This document shows positions 60,701 to 64,000 of a DNA stretch of 64,000 bases, in pieces. The first letter of the stretch is position 1. Each line of letters opens with the position of its first letter. Position numbers and translations under genes: made by a program. The stretch comes from the human T2T-CHM13v2.0 reference genome, Homo sapiens. The DNA is taken from the NCBI RefSeq assembly GCF_009914755.1, contig NC_060925.1; one strand, 5' to 3'. The notes below the pieces were generated by a model. It worked only from the letters and a program-made list of their open reading frames with translations. It did no database searches and was not told the origin of the DNA.

Positions 60701-62229
60701 TTTTACATTTATTACTCTGATAGAAGGAAGATAAAACTGCACAAGGAAAGAGGAAACTAGAGGCTGGTCCTCTTCCACTAGCTTTAGTCATGAAGGAATC
60801 ATTTAATTTCTCCTCAGATTCCTCCTCTGGAAAATGAGGTTGATAATGATGATGGTGATGATGATTATGTCAATGTCATCTCACCTGTCTTATGGGAAAG
60901 GAAAAACTTACACCATTTAAAAACGATCTATGCATGCTCTTTTTAAGCTCCCAAAGGGCTTAAAACCTTGTGTATGATCTATTACAGATGTTACTTAGTG
61001 GATGTTACATGGTGAAGTACTAAATCCTGCATTTATTTTTCTCTTTCACCATTGACCATACATTTATTGTTAAAAATGGCTAAATGGTTAAAATACAATT
61101 GTTTGCCCACCCCCTTCTACTTCCACCAAGTTAATGTTTATATTTTATTTGTATTCAGATTTATGTGTATAACCAGTTTCCTTTTTCCTCAGTATATTTG
61201 AATCCAATTTAATGTAAGTACAATTTCTAACAGATCATTTTTAAATTTTACCATTTTAGGAATACCTCTATTAATTTTAAAAGTTGGATTTTACTAAAGC
61301 TCTATGGCAATATACTATTAAATTTTATATCTTAATATGTTTCTGTTACAGTTTTAACCACAGTTAGTATATAAGTAACTCAAAAAGTGAAAAAAGACTA
61401 ACATGCTTCCAAGTCTGAATTCCCATATTGAATCACCCTATATTTTGCTCAGAGAAGCCACAGGGAAAGATAAAACCAAGCATTTGATATAAATATGAAT
61501 GTTTAATCTAGGGGTTTTACTTAAAATAGTCACCAAAATTGAGTGGGCCTCTAATTTCTAAATTTTAAGTTAAGAAATCAAATATATTATGTTTAGATAT
61601 TTTAAAATATGGCACTTGTGTTTCTCATATTGCAGAATTTTGTCCTTGCAATAATTAAGACAGTAATGAAAATACTATGTTTATAGTAATAATCTATTCC
61701 AAGTTATTTAGACTCAGTGAACTCAGTTCCACCACAATAATAAAATTACTAAAATTTTAGATTTAAAACATGTTGGGTATGTACTCCCAAAATGTGTGTA
61801 ACTATTGTATACCAGTAAAAAATTTAAAAACAAAATAAAATAATTTTTTGAGGATTTACTCTTTCATATAGTATCTGTAGAGTAATTATGTTTTTTTTTA
61901 AGTTTACAATTGTTTCTGTAAGCCAATGAAAAGATCAGATTTCAAACTTTATGATAGTTTCTGTAAGCCAATAAGATCAGATCGATTTTGTAACCACCAA
62001 AATTGTTCAGGGATTTTTAAAGTTTGTGAATGTATACTACATTAAAAAACACATCCCATAATTATATTACATTTATAAAGTGCCTGTCTAAACAAAACTT
62101 CCCAGATGTCCTCCTAAGACTCCATTTGTATTTATCCTCACTAGAAAACAGTATCCTTCTCCCAATAAAGTTTTTGTAGTTATCTTTGCTTTAAAACTAG
62201 TTTTTACTAAAATATGTATATGTTTGTAT

Positions 62230-62450
62230 TGGCAGTGTTAGGATGAAATGAAAGCATACTGGACAAGAAGTCCAAAAATTTGGATATATCATCAACTCTG
62301 TCATTTACTGTCCATGTGATAAGTCAGTTAAAATCTATGAATTCTGTTTTCTCAATGGGAAAACAAGATAATGGTGACCGCTTCTCTCACAGAGAGTACC
62401 ATGGTACTTAAACATCATAAAGTATGTGAAACTATTCTAAAAATATGTAA
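62230..62450 (+). mobile_element. MIR SINE
   Basis: aaagcatactggacaagaagtcc...ctgtcatttact...ctgttttctcaatgggaaaa. Confidence 0.6.
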
Positions 62451-62807
62451 ATTGGCATTACAATTTATATATTATTGTGTACATATGTATTAACAGCAAA
62501 ATGTCTGCAGTTAGGACCACATCCTGTTGTAATTTTTACCCCATCCACCCCCTCATTGGCAGATAGTGCAGTGGCAGGCCATAGTAGACCTTTAATAAAA
62601 GTAATGTTAAGACTTAAATCAATAAGTGAAACTGGTGATAAAATTTACTTAATTCTTCAAATAGTTCTTCCTTCATTAAAATCCAACAATTAATTCTCAT
62701 GTTTTTTTCCTGTCTGATACAGTAAAATCTACATTTAAAAATGCTTAAATTATTTTAAAATGCTTGAAATATATTACCATAATTTCATTTCATGGTCAAA
62801 TAATTAC

Positions 62808-62861
62808 CTTTTCTCCAGGAACAGGTTGACCTGGGGAAAATCCTGGATCTCCTTTGGGGCC
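62808..62861 (-). CDS. COL24A1: Collagen exon, 54 bp, [18 protein letters not shown] (contains a Gly-X-Y interruption)
   Basis: Acceptor ttttatttag|GGC, donor AAG|gtaatt; phase 0. Confidence 0.95.
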
Positions 62862-63848
62862 CTAAATAAAATAGTTATAAAACAGTTGGTGAAGCATAAG
62901 TTGCATATAATGTGTCATATATCTTCAGGTATTTATTACCAGATGTTATATACATTATATGGTGTTAAATAAAATAATTTTACATTGAGATAGGCATTGG
63001 TTATTTCATTTTTTAATGTATATTTTTCTTAGCCTTATTTTTAAATGATGAGAAGATTCCTAAAAGTTCTCTAGACATAGTTGATTTTTTAATCTAATAA
63101 ATTTAAAGTTATACTACTATTGAAACATTTTTCTTGAAGGACCTAGGTAGATTTATTATTTTTTCCATTTTTGTGACATATTGAGTTGTTATTCCTATTT
63201 TAGCATTGAAAGACTATTACTTTAGTAAAAGAAAACTTCTTATAATAATCCTTAAAATTCTAAGATATCATTCCAAGTTTAAATATTTTCCAAAATATTA
63301 CAATGCACATGTATTACTTTTATTATTAAGAAAAATGAACATAAAAAAGATACCTCTAATCCACAAAATTCTTTTTATTCTGTTATAAAATTAGATAAGT
63401 TTCACAGTGTGGGGATCTTTATCTTTTACATTTCAAGATAAATATGACATTAGGTTTCAGCTAAAGTTTTTGGGTACAATATCAAAATATTTTTATGATG
63501 CATAGTAGCAAAGTAACTCTTTTTCAAACAATTTGTCATATCTCAAAATATAGGGGCCACAATGGAGATTCTTTAAAATTCAAATTCTGATTTTATTACC
63601 ATTCTCAACTAAGAATAAATAATTCTCCTTCCTAGATACTTCTAAATACTATTTTCACTGGGAAATAGTCATATCTTCTTTACATATTCAGGGATGCTTT
63701 TAAATGACACTTAAGCTGACTGATGAAGGATGAAATACCAAAAGAAAAGTCCTGCGTGTCCCCCAGTAAGTATTTTCATTTTACAAATTAGAAATGAACC
63801 CTCACTGGCAGAGTCCTGTATTCTATAGTCAAAGAAAAATTCTACATT

Positions 63849-64000
63849 GTGTAAGGAAGGGGGGTCCAGTTTTAATGTTCTGTATATGGCTAGCCAGTCA
63901 TCCCAGCACCATTTATTGAATAGGGAATCCTTTCCCCATTGCTCGCTTTTGTCAGGTTTTTCGAAGATCAGATAGTTGTAGGTGTGCAGTCTTATTTCTG
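63849..64000 (-). mobile_element. Primate L1 ORF2 fragment (continues past the window end)
   Basis: gtgtaaggaagggg.tccagttt...atggctagccag..atcccagcaccatttattgaatagggaatcctttccccattgc. Confidence 0.9.

Overview
Primate (human-like) AT-rich genomic DNA lying entirely inside a minus-strand fibrillar collagen gene that I recognise from its peptide sequence as COL24A1. Nine phase-0 GT-AG exons (54,54,45,54,45,54,45,54,45 bp; 450 nt, 150 aa) splice into [150 protein letters not shown] (probably exons 6-14; numbering from memory). The ORF track misses all of them; its ORFs are repeat-derived or spurious. Introns hold a 12.5-kb nested LINE-1 (near full-length L1PA7-like inside a full-length L1MA2-like), other L1 fragments, about a dozen Alu elements or monomers, MaLR solo LTRs, Tigger DNA transposons, MIR/L2 relics and a probable retrocopied mRNA 3'UTR. 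I see no prokaryotic-type system, RNA gene or CRISPR array, and no proven novel system. The best leads are all inferences: an intact ORF0-like frame in the L1PA7 that is sense to COL24A1 and ends at a phase-0 donor; a strong cryptic acceptor/terminal exon 67 nt after one exon; an orphan CpG/TF-motif patch; an L1 insertion-mediated deletion; a candidate ancient 3' transduction; and Alu-flanked stop-free Gly-X-Y exon circles. Repeat subfamily names are by eye and need RepeatMasker confirmation.
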